NCBI GenBank assembly: GCA_001938485.1
Contig: MQRK01238019.1
Coordinates: 10,262 to 68,945 of the forward strand
Source of the DNA: Girardia tigrina
Lineage: Eukaryota
Length of the DNA: 58,684 nucleotides
Direction of reading: 5' to 3'
Below the pieces are notes generated by a model, which saw nothing but the letters and a program-made list of their open reading frames with translations, had not been told where the DNA came from and did not search any database. A program made the position numbers and the translations under genes. Shown here in pieces: positions 1 to 10,086 of the stretch (its first letter is position 1; each line of letters begins with the position of its first letter).

Positions 1-32
<32 letters not shown>
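1..32. repeat. (AT)n microsatellite
   Basis: Direct reading; similar arrays at ~6590-6640, 25575-25720, 29760-29790, 29968-29992, 43874-44000. Confidence 0.95.
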
Positions 33-39
<7 letters not shown>

Positions 40-324
40 TTCTGTATATAAGAAAAACCCTATATATTTATTTATAATTAATTTCTTTTAGATGAAAATT
101 TAATAAAAAAAATAACGAACACTGAAAACATTTATTTGTTTGAAATTCAAACAGGAAATTAGCCAGGATTGCAGAGGGGGGGAGGAAAAATATTCCTGAA
201 AGATCTAGCAATCTTAAATATAATTGGGGTGGCTAATTATGTTTTAATTTTTTCAGGGGTGGGGGTGTCTCCCGATTTTAACCCTCTAAACTTAAACGAT
301 CCTTAAGCTCCTTAAACGTTCCTC

Positions 325-467
325 GGACCTCCTTTTTCTCCCCGATTAAAATCCAATCAAGGGTTTCTATATTAATCTTTGTTTTCAGCCTCGCCAGAAG
401 GGCCGAAAACGTGGATTAAAATGGGAACGCCCAATTGGATTTTAATTGGGGGAAAAACGAGAGGTCC
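325..467. mobile_element. Fold-back MITE with GG..CC termini and 8-bp TSD (Merlin-like)
   Basis: GGACCTC...GAGGTCC termini, near end-to-end inverted repeat, flanked by CGTTCCTC at 317-324 and 468-475; superfamily assignment is inference from GG termini plus 8-bp TSD. Confidence 0.75.
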
Positions 468-1159
468 CGTTCCTCTAAGTTTTGTTTTTCGTAATAATTT
501 TTTTAAACAATTTTTAGGGCATTTTATCAGGTGGGGTGGAAATCCACCCAATCACCCCCCCTGGCTACGCGCCTGGTTTGAATACTTACCTAAATAATTA
601 CGCTTTGCGTTTCTTTTAAAAAATCTGTTTATTTTCCATCCGAAATTCTCGTCTGAATATTTCTATTCCCATCAATGACGTTGACAAATCTCAAGAATTT
701 TCTAGGCAATTAATAGTAACAGAATAACAATTTTTTTTATCAAAACGAAAATAAACTCGCAAAATTCCAAAAACAAAAAAGCCAAATTAAAAAAATAATG
801 TCGATATCGAAATCCGATCGCGAATAATCATTCAACACGGAAAATTATCAATCGACCTTTCACAAACTCGTGTTCGATTTGGCGTTCATTTTTGTTGGAA
901 ATCGAGTGGAAATTGATATCGATAATTACGAGTGATATTTCCAATCGGTACACAAATTCTCGACGGGTCGTATTCGATTGGAAAACGGATCGCGGGACGT
1001 TGGAGCAAGTCAATCCATCACCGGTGAATTTTATCTTATATACACCGCCTTTTCGCCCCCTCAATTTAAAATCTTCACACCTGATAATAATCAAAATAGC
1101 TTTTTAATTTTTGAATTCAATTGAGACTGTTATATATTACATGTATCGTACATAAAATG

Positions 1160-1290
1160 TCTCATGGAACAATGACGTCCTCAGGATCAAATTAACTCCA
1201 ATTATCTCGGCATTAAGTGACATCTGGATCAAATGACCTCAGGATTAAATGTCCTCAAGATTAAATGTCATCGGTATCAAGTGTCTTCGG
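1160..1290. repeat. Degenerate ~18-bp tandem repeat (AAATGTCCTCAGGATY-like)
   Basis: Repeated aaatgtcctcaggat/aaatgacctcaggat units. Confidence 0.6.
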
Positions 1291-1292
1291 GA

Positions 1293-1510
1293 GGCATATC
1301 CTCATAACAGCGACTTACAAAACAGCGAATTACATAACAGCGAATCCCAAAACAGCGAATTACAAAATAGCGAATTCTCAAAACAGCGAATTACAAAACA
1401 GCGAATCTCAAAACAGCGAATTACAAAATAGCGAATTCTCAAAACAGCGAATTACAAAACAGCGATTCTTAAAACAGCGAATCATCAAAACAGCGAATCA
1501 TCAAAACAGC
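1293..1510 (+). repeat. 15/16-bp tandem array AAAACAGCGAATTnC, probable transposon subterminal repeats
   Basis: About a dozen AA(C/T)AGCGA units following ggcatatcctc; explains low-complexity ORFs 1249-1549. Confidence 0.8.
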
Positions 1511-2046
1511 TCTACAGTGATCATTACACTTGGTATCTGTGGATTATGAAAATTTTGTTTTGTACCACAAAAAAAGTCAGCCTATTTATTACTGAAAATT
1601 AAGAATTAGACATAGACTTGACTTACGGTGGTGGATTAAAGTTCGTTATTTATTTATCATGAATGAATTATTTTTCTTTTACTTTTAGGAGATTTGTCCA
1701 TTTACCTTCGCGTTTCAATTCTGATCAACCTCCTAACATTTGATTTATAATGAGCGAGTTATCTGTTGCAAAACAAGCTCAAATTTGTATTTTAGAAGAG
1801 GAAGAAATCCCAGAAAGAGTGATTTCCAGTTAGTTCTTTGTATCAAAAAGAGCAGTTCGTAACATATTAATTTAATGCAGGGAGACAGTTTTGAATCTGG
1901 TAAAAGATTGAGTCGACATAGTTGTACGTCATCCAGTACTGATTAATTAATTAGATACATTTTCTTTAATTCACCAATATTAACTTCTTTAATCAAATCA
2001 GAACTATCACCAAGAGTTTCTTTTTCATAAAAACCACTAGAAAAGA

Positions 2047-2600
2047 TTGTATTTTAAATTTAGAATCAAATTCATTCACTCTGCTGCTAAATCCATCATT
2101 TCTGCAAAGAAAATTAAAGATTGTCTTGCCGTCTGCAAATATCACAAATACTTGTCAAAAGATGACTTTAATAACTTTATACCTTCTGATCAAACTCAAA
2201 TCAAACAATTTATTTTCCTCCATTCTTTTATCTATCGCCAGGATAACAAAAGATATAATCAAAAGTAGACCAAACGTTCTACAAAGCAGTGACCTACCAT
2301 CAGTATATAAGGTGGTATTTTTGTAAGGGACGCTGCTTGTCTACCTCCACATGGTATATTTTTCTGTTAAGGGAGTTTGATTTTTAGAACTGTTGGAATT
2401 TAAATTACCAACTGGGCTACATAGATCTAGTAGCAGTATTTTACAAAACGATGATTCACTTATTGATTGCCGTATGAAGAACATATCCAACTTCTGTACC
2501 CCAGGCCTACTTCACCAATTAATCTTAATTAAATTGAAAACTGTTGTCTCATTCTCCAACTAAACGTTGCTGCTATGAAGTCAACATCATACGAAGATTT
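2047..2600 (+). pseudogene. Highly decayed Penelope-like element ORF remnant
   Basis: Frameshifted motifs resembling PLE RT and linker (KYLSKDDFNNFIPS, RPxV..PT, SVK..FDFL, LPY...KTVVSF); followed by a PLE-type hammerhead at 2968. Confidence 0.45.
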
Positions 2601-2967
2601 GAAACGTAAAATTAGGAGGCATGGTGAATGTAAATGAAGAGAGAGGATTATGAAAGACTGATGCTTTCTATATCTCAATGAACTTAAGCTAATGAATTGA
2701 AAGCTAAATGACTAAATACTAAAAATAAACTTTATTTAACTTTTCATTTTGATTATCATTATTACACAAAAAAGTTTCAAATTTATCATAAAAGCAATAA
2801 ATTATTAACTAATTGAATGGCAATATTAGTCAACATTTGCACTTCCAAAAACTTGGGTTGCTTGAGATAAAAACAATATGACCAAGGGATACAGCATCAA
2901 AAAAGGTTAAGAACCATTGATCTAGATCAATTTAATTGATTCTTTAAACCTTTGTAATGTATCATCT

Positions 2968-3009
2968 ATTTGCTGATGATGATCAATTTATTATTGAAAC
3001 ATGTTCAAT
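2968..3009 (+). ncRNA. Minimal type I hammerhead ribozyme motif (PLE pLTR), partly decayed
   Basis: TTG-CTGATGA-T-GAT..ATT-GAAA-CATG-TT-CAA: core boxes, palindromic stem III ACATGT, GUU site, stem I TTG/CAA. Confidence 0.6.
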
Positions 3010-3454
3010 GATACTTTTTATGTTTATTTTGTGTATTATTTTACTTTAAAAAAATTGAATTACATTTATATAAATTATTTAAGCTAAATTTTTAAACATA
3101 TTTTTAATCTGACTTTTTCAAATAAACATTTCAAATTTCAAATTTTAATTTTGTGTACAAAAAACTCTTTGGCTTTTGATGTTGAACATTGAATTTACGA
3201 TGTGACTCCCCAAAATGTCCATATAGAATTACGAATTGAAATTGTCGAATTCATAAATCCGGTTCAAATTTTGTCTCAAAAATATCGTTAGATATTTAAT
3301 TTTTTACAAGAAAAATAAAACTTTATTATTATAAATTTAAAAGACTTGATTCATAATGAATGATTTGGCAAATTACCTTTATGAATTTAACTAATTTTAA
3401 CGACGAGCCATGTTATGAACCTCATCCAATGTTTAGCAGTGTGATATTATATTT

Positions 3455-3672
3455 TTACTGACTGTAAAAAATTAATAAAGATATATTACAACATATTATT
3501 ACCAAAAGTAAATGAAAAGTAGAATCCATTCTAGAATTGGATTGTGTTATGATTCTGATGTCTCCTTTCTTTCCTCTTTTCCGGTCTGATTCCAACACTT
3601 GGAGATCGAGGATCGAGCTGCCGTTTCGACTAGCCAGAATATTTAAAGAGTTTTCTGGTATTGTGATAAATC
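3455..3672 (-). CDS. Candidate terminal coding exon with hydrophobic C-terminus (GPI-signal-like)
   Basis: Acceptor TTTAG at 3673-3677, open phase-1 frame FITIPENS...SNSRMDSTFHLLLVIICCNISLLIFYSQ*, AATAAA on the minus strand ~130 nt after the stop; no TE motif seen. Confidence 0.45.
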
Positions 3673-3794
3673 CTAAATTATACATGTACTGGACAATAAG
3701 CAAGTTAAAACGCAAGATATAATGTCATGGAACATACTTCAATAACAGAGATGTCGAAATGTTTATGAAGGTTAGATAACAAATATATCATATA

Positions 3795-4724
3795 TAGGAT
3801 GTTCCAAAAGTAATTATTTCAAAAGTAATCTATCTTCAGAAAGGCATTTCATTTGGCGGATTTTCATACATACGTTTCAACACTGACTATTCTCATTTAT
3901 TTACAGATGAATGAAATCTCTACGCGACGCCCTCTTGAGGAGAGAATTAAAATGGTACTCCTCTACGCACAATTCAAGAATTATGAAGAGGTTCGAAGAC
4001 AGTGGTATTTTCATTTTTCTATCTCACCTCCTAAGTTTACGACGATAAAGGCAGTGTTTGATCGATTTCAGCAGACTGGAAGCGTTGAAGATCTCACAAA
4101 ATCACGGCGATAAGCCATATCTAAAATGCCTGAACGGATCGAATAAGTTCAAAAGTTGGTCACCACAGATCCTTCAACGTCTGTGTCTCGTGGGGCAGCT
4201 GCTCTTGACCTGACGGGAACAAGCTATCACCGACTGCTTGTGAAACTTGATCTTAAACCCTACCGACCGCAACACGTTCCACGTTCAGCGATTGCGACTT
4301 TCATAGAGGTGAAGAGTTTTCCAAAATGATTTTGGAGAGATTCGACACCGACTCTCACTTAATTGACCACATAATGTGGACAGACGAATCTTTGTTTCAT
4401 CTATCCGGAACAGTTTCACGACACAACAAATTTTCTTCCAGCATCATGGGGCCCTTGACCATTACGCAGCTGGCTCGACCAAAAGTTTCCTTAGCTGTGA
4501 ATAGGTAGAGGTTGTCCAATAAAGTGACCCTCTCGTTCGCCTGACTTAACTGCGTGTGATTACTTTCTCATGGGCTACCTGAATGAGCACGTATGAGCGG
4601 TTTGAACAGTGCACCGTCTTACAGGGAAAACAACTGCAAATGTGATCCCATTCAGAACACTCTCTGTATGTTGGCAGGTACAGCTGTACCGTTAACTTTG
4701 TATTTTCTTTTATTTTGTCAGATA
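3795..4724 (+). mobile_element. Decayed DD41D-type (rosa/Visitor) Tc1/mariner element, internally deleted, 3' TIR missing
   Basis: TIR TAGGATGTTCCAAAAGTAAT after TA; DUF4817-like N-term (FQQTGSVED), IMWTDESLFHLSG, RSPDLTACDYFLMGYL; homologous to copy at 42811-43770. Confidence 0.85.
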
Positions 4725-5149
4725 TGTGTTGGGTGTGATATTATTAGTGCTGTATTTTATATGATTATTTTAATTTTATTAATTTAAATTTATTTGTTTC
4801 ATGGTATGCTTTAGCATTTGAGTTTATTTGGACCCAACATATTATTTAGATATGTCTCTCCGCTAAGTGTCTCTAATTCACACTTATTAGAGATCCATAT
4901 CGTACCCCATCAACCTCATCTCGCCCTTTTATCTCGCGAGTGAAGTTGATGAAGTACCTATTGGGTTATACATTATATTTAAATATATTAAGTCTTTGAA
5001 AGTTGGCTTATGCTACTTTCTATTTAGTTAATGATTATCTTATATTTTTTTCAACATGTTTTTTTGTTTGATTATTATATTTCTTATTATGAGTTTATCA
5101 TTTTCATATCAGAGATTAAAGTTAAAAGAACATGAACAAATTATATGTT

Positions 5150-6043
5150 GACATTGTTTTATTAAAATATAACAAAATAAAATGCTAATCAAAGGCAATC
5201 CACTTATCGTCCCTAATCATCCAAATCTGATAGATTGACAAACTCTTCACCTTTACCAGTTGTGATAGTGCGGAACTGTAGGCGGTCACGATTCTCCTTC
5301 TGAATTTCATGCTTTGACTTAAAGTCCAGCCATTCTTGTTGTTATATAGTCACTTGGAAATTATTTGTTGGAAAAAACAACGAAATTTGATGCGAGACTT
5401 CAAAATCAGAACTTAACTCAGAAATGGCGTTTTCTGTTGCGTTTTATGAGTATATCGCAAATTTAAAAACGATCCATACAATTTTTTTTCTGACAGTTTA
5501 TGAGGAAGTCAAATATATTATCCCAAAATTTAACCAAGTTTCACCAAATGATCATACATCATGCTTTTTAGAATACTCACGGCATCTGCTATATTACGAG
5601 TAGTTAATCTTAGATTTGATTCAATCTGATCCTTAATTAGATAAGCATGAACAGCAGAAGGTCGTTCAGGACGATTGACATCTGCGAGATCAAAATTTCC
5701 AACTTTGAATTTAAAAAACCATCTTCTTTCAGTAGATTAAAAGTCTTTAAATATTCTTTAAATATTCGCAATCTTTTTCGAGATTGCAGATACATTTTCC
5801 CTTTTCTATAGTAGAAAATCGTAATATGTCGTAAATGTTGTTTTTCGATTTTTTTTTCAATTATAAAGTGGTCCTTAAATTTTAAATTTTCCATTTCTTA
5901 AATAAATTTTTCAATACAACAATAGATTAATATTTTGATATTTACTTAATATAAAAACTGTGATTTTTCATTAAGTTATATGCTAATAATTCCCGTTAAA
6001 TTTACCTATGTACTAAACGAGCATTACTTTTTGGACAATCCAA
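5150..6043 (-). mobile_element. Decayed mariner
   Basis: TIR-like TTGGATTGTCCAAAAAGTAATGCTCGTTT next to TA; KQHLRHITIFYYRKGK N-terminus; multiple frameshifts. Confidence 0.7.
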
Positions 6044-6594
6044 TATTTTCAAGATAATTGACTCCCTCGGATCTCAACTATGCTGTCTAAGAAGTGCATC
6101 CAATACTTTACAGTCAGCTGCATACATTAATTATTGAAAATATCATCACATATCTTTCAACAGAGGACTATTATTATTATTATTATTATTATTAATGTTT
6201 ACTGTCCAATCACAAATTTTGACCTTAAAGAGGGCCGTATGTCTTTCTCCTTTGATTTTCGACTCGGGAATTGACGGAAATATTAAAGATTCTTAGATTT
6301 TCTTCAATAATTTCGCTTTTAATGTCGTTCGAGCCGACTTTGGCGATCCAGAAGAAGAAGCAGTACTTCACGTACACTGATAATTGACGAATCTCTTCTC
6401 TAAAGTCCTCGTAATCGATGTCGGTGGATGAGCTTTTGTTTTCATTTAATTTTTATTTTTATTATCTTATTTCTCAATAACGAAAAGAAATATCGATGAT
6501 TCAATAAATTTTATTAGTGACCTAATTCCAATATAAAAATAATTCGTTTAAACAAACGAATTCAAGAAAAAAAAATTTTAAATTATTAATATAT

Positions 6595-6643
<49 letters not shown>

Positions 6644-7939
6644 TATACAATGTTTTTTTCCTAAACCTTTTTTTAATAAATATTTTTTACTTTTTTAATT
6701 TGAATGAAAATTTTATTTCGAAACAATAATATTACTTTTATTATAATTAATAAATTTTCGAATTATTTTTTTAATGAATTAAATAGAAATTTTTATTAAA
6801 AAGATCATCTTTCAATCTTTATAAATCAAACATCAACACAAAATAAAGTTAAAACAAATAAAATTTTGAAGTTCTTTGAAATTTTAGAACTAAAATTTTT
6901 AAAAACTAAAAACATATTTACTTTTGAATACAAAATATAATTAATAAAATTATGAATTAGAAAGACTAAATAATATATTGATATTATTTTCTTAAAGATA
7001 ATTCATATATTAAATGAATAAAATCATTTTTTAATATATTTGTTACATTACCGGTCAAATAAATGGGTCACCTGTGATTAATTACTTTTTTTTTAGAAAA
7101 AAATAATTTTATTTGATTATATTTATTGACGGATTTGTTTTTTTGTAATTATATTAATGAATTAAAATATGGTGAAATTATAAAAAATTCCATACGAATT
7201 TTTTAAAGATATATTATAATTAAAAATCCTATTAATTGCATTTAAATTTTTAAAAATTGTAGTATAACGTAAGAGACAATTATGTAAAATAAATTATCAG
7301 AGAGGAAAATTATTTCATTATGTAAAATATAAAAATTAAGTGACAAATTAATCTTACATGTGGATAGGTAGATTGAATGGCGACATTTGGGATAATACCC
7401 ATTGCATATAAAGACTGTTTAATGGAATCGGGTATTCAGGACGACAATACACATATATTTTACACGAAAATATCATTTAGACATTTTATGATCAGTTTAT
7501 ATTTTCATATTCTCGCTTTCTTTCAAAAGTGAGATAGTAAATATAAAAATAAAAAAAAGAAGACACTAATGATCCAAAACGAAAGAATTCATGAGCGATC
7601 AAGAATGTTTTATTCTGAAAAATGACACTTTAATTTTTCCGATTTTCGTTTTGAAAATTTTTTGTATTAAAAACAATTTGTGACATTTAACGAAAAATAA
7701 ATCGTTTTATTAATCATTTATTACATGAAAATATTTTTTTATTAATGAAAAAAAACGGAAAAAAGAAATAAAAATACTAAAATCGTTCTTTATAATTACA
7801 ATTATTTTTTTTATTCTTTTAAAAATGGAATTTTAATTTTTGTAATGAGAGAATACTAGAACAAAGTAAATAAAAAATAAAGAAATTTAAATGGGTATAT
7901 TTTTAAGTATTTTTATAAAGTATTTTTATGTGTTAAATA

Positions 7940-9242
7940 TTAGGTTGAGGAATAAGTTCGCGCCGTTTTTTGAATTTTTAATCAATTTTTAATCAATTTA
8001 ATATTTAAATCAATTTTTTGATGTAATGTTATATGTTATTTGAAAGCTATTGTTTTGCTCTAAAAAATGGTGTATTTTGTTTTTTATTCAGATTAATTTT
8101 TGTCGATTTTTAGACCATTGAAATGGGGTGTCAAGTCGACAAAAATGAGCATTTTCGACACCATCTATTGTTTGCGTATAATCGAGGCGCCAAAGCCGCA
8201 GGCGCTGCCCGAGAGCTTTATGCTGTATACGGAGAAGGTACTATTGCTGATAGAACCACTCGTGATTGGTTCGCAAAATTTAAAATTGGCAATTTTGACC
8301 TTAAGGATGCACCTCTTTCAGGACGACCAAATGAATTCGATGAAGAGCGTTTGAACAAACTTTTGCATGAAGACGCGCGTCAAACCACTCGAGAATTGGC
8401 GGAACAAATGGAATGTGATAAAAAAACTGTCGTGAACCACCTGAAATCAATGGGAAAAGTTCAAAAAATGGGAGCTTGGGTCCAACATCTTTTGACCGAA
8501 AACAACAAAAACCAGCGGTCCACAATTTCGGCGAGTTTGCTTGCCCGTCATCGCTCTACTCACGGTCATAAGCAACAGTTTCTTTATCTAATTGTAACGG
8601 GTGATGAAAGATGGTACCTGTACGTCAACATGAAACAGCGCAAAGAATTGCGTAGCCGAGAAGAACTATCGACACCGCGAGCAAAACAGGATCTTCATCC
8701 ACGAAAGACAATGATATACGTTTGGTGGGGTTGGGAAGGGATTATTCATTATGAATTGCTTCCTCGGAACCAAACAGTGAACGCAGAACTTTATGTTCAA
8801 CAGCTGCATAGACTCAGCGCCGCTATAAGACAAAAACATCCGGATCGACAACATGTCGTTATTTTGCAACACGACAATGCGCGTCCTCATATTGCCAGAA
8901 TGACAAAAGAAGCCATACAAACGCTTGGTTGGGAAGTGTTACCGCACCCTCTGTATTCATCTGACTTGGCTCCATCTGATTTTCATCTTTTCCATTCGCT
9001 TTTTGACGCTTTGCGTGGTGTTTCGTCCAAAAATGATGGAAAACTGCAAGTTTGGTTGGCTGAATTCTTCGAGTCAAGACCGGGCGATTTCTACCAGAGG
9101 CATTGAAAAACTCGTTGAACGTTGGGAAGAAGTCGTGAACAATGGCGGAGATTATATTTGTGATTAATTTGTAGTAACATTTTTGTTAAAAAATAAAATT
9201 TTAATTTTTAAAAAAACGGCGGGAACTTATTCCTCAACCCAA
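7940..9242 (+). mobile_element. Full-length mariner (DD34D), ~1.3 kb
   Basis: TIRs TTAGGTTGAGGAATAAGTTC.CGCCGTTTTT and its reverse complement, TA on both flanks. Confidence 0.95.
8123..9167 (+). pseudogene. Mariner transposase, near-intact with one frameshift near 9100
   Basis: GAWVQHLL, IVTGDERW, HDNARPH, HPLYSSDLAPSDFHLF; the C-terminal GIEKLVERWEEVVNNGGDYICD lies in a shifted frame. Confidence 0.92.
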
Positions 9243-9291
9243 TAATATAAAATAATTATAAACAAATAAACGCCATTTAAAAATATATTTT

Positions 9292-9337
9292 AGGATAATA
9301 TATTTCGACGGTTTAACCGTCATCATCAGATCACTGA
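9292..9337 (-). ncRNA. Minimal type I hammerhead ribozyme (intact stem II)
   Basis: Minus strand GAT-CTGATGA-T-GACGG-TTAAA-CCGTC-GAAA-TATA-TT-ATC. Confidence 0.8.
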
Positions 9338-9593
9338 TTATGTTCTTTTTTATTGTTTTTATATATGAAATGAAAATGTAATGTGAGCATAAATGATTTT
9401 AAAGATTTTGTGCAAGCATTTTAAAAATTATTGGGAGAGTGTCATGTGAAGCATTGTTGATAAGATCATGTGATTCAAAAATTAATGTTCAAACAGCACT
9501 CTCAACTAATTTGTTAAGAGTTTTCGATTAGACTTACGTAAGTGATTGCATAATCTTTCATTTCATATATAAAAACAATAAAAAAGAACATAA

Positions 9594-9639
9594 TCAGTGA
9601 TCTGATGATGACGGTTAAACCATCGAAATATATTATCCT
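9594..9639 (+). ncRNA. Minimal type I hammerhead ribozyme (one stem II mismatch)
   Basis: GAT-CTGATGA-T-GACGG-TTAAA-CCATC-GAAA-TATA-TT-ATC; predicted AUU cleavage after 9634. Confidence 0.75.
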
Positions 9640-10086
9640 AAAATATATTTTTAAATGGCGTTTATTTGTTTATAATAAAAAGTTGCCATCTTTTTTCAAG
9701 TTTATTTGTAATAAAATAATTAGTTTTAGGGATATTTTGAAATCTTTAAGATATTGCTGCATGAATAGAATATATTCGTCTAGAAAATTTATAATTGTTC
9801 AACCAAATAATTTCGTTTCAATTGACATATAGTTATGGTTCGAATAAGGCAATGTTCCTACAATCGAATATGTATAAATCTCGACAATAGAAAATAGCTA
9901 ATGCAAAACTTAATAAGTTAATTAGTTTGATTATGGAATTTCGAAATTATTATTTATAATTCCATAGCGAAATCAATATCATGATGGGATTATAATTCAA
10001 ATTTTAAATTATATATTTCATAATTTTACTATTACTTAAATTACTTTTAATATATATAAGGGGCATTATAAAAGAATTTTTTTGCT

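Larger units (their letters stand above)
9255..9676. mobile_element. 5'-truncated Penelope-like element with inverted pLTR
   Basis: 121-bp inverted arms 9255-9375 and 9556-9676 (one mismatch seen); the spacer encodes a GIY-YIG C-terminus (KILCKHFKNYWE../EALLIRSCDSKINVQTALSTNLLRVFD*). Confidence 0.8.

Noticed and set aside
1249-1549. ORFs with SELQN/KQRIT repeats, and a possible CRISPR-like array
   Set aside because: Translation of a 15/16-bp tandem repeat; no spacers, eukaryotic context
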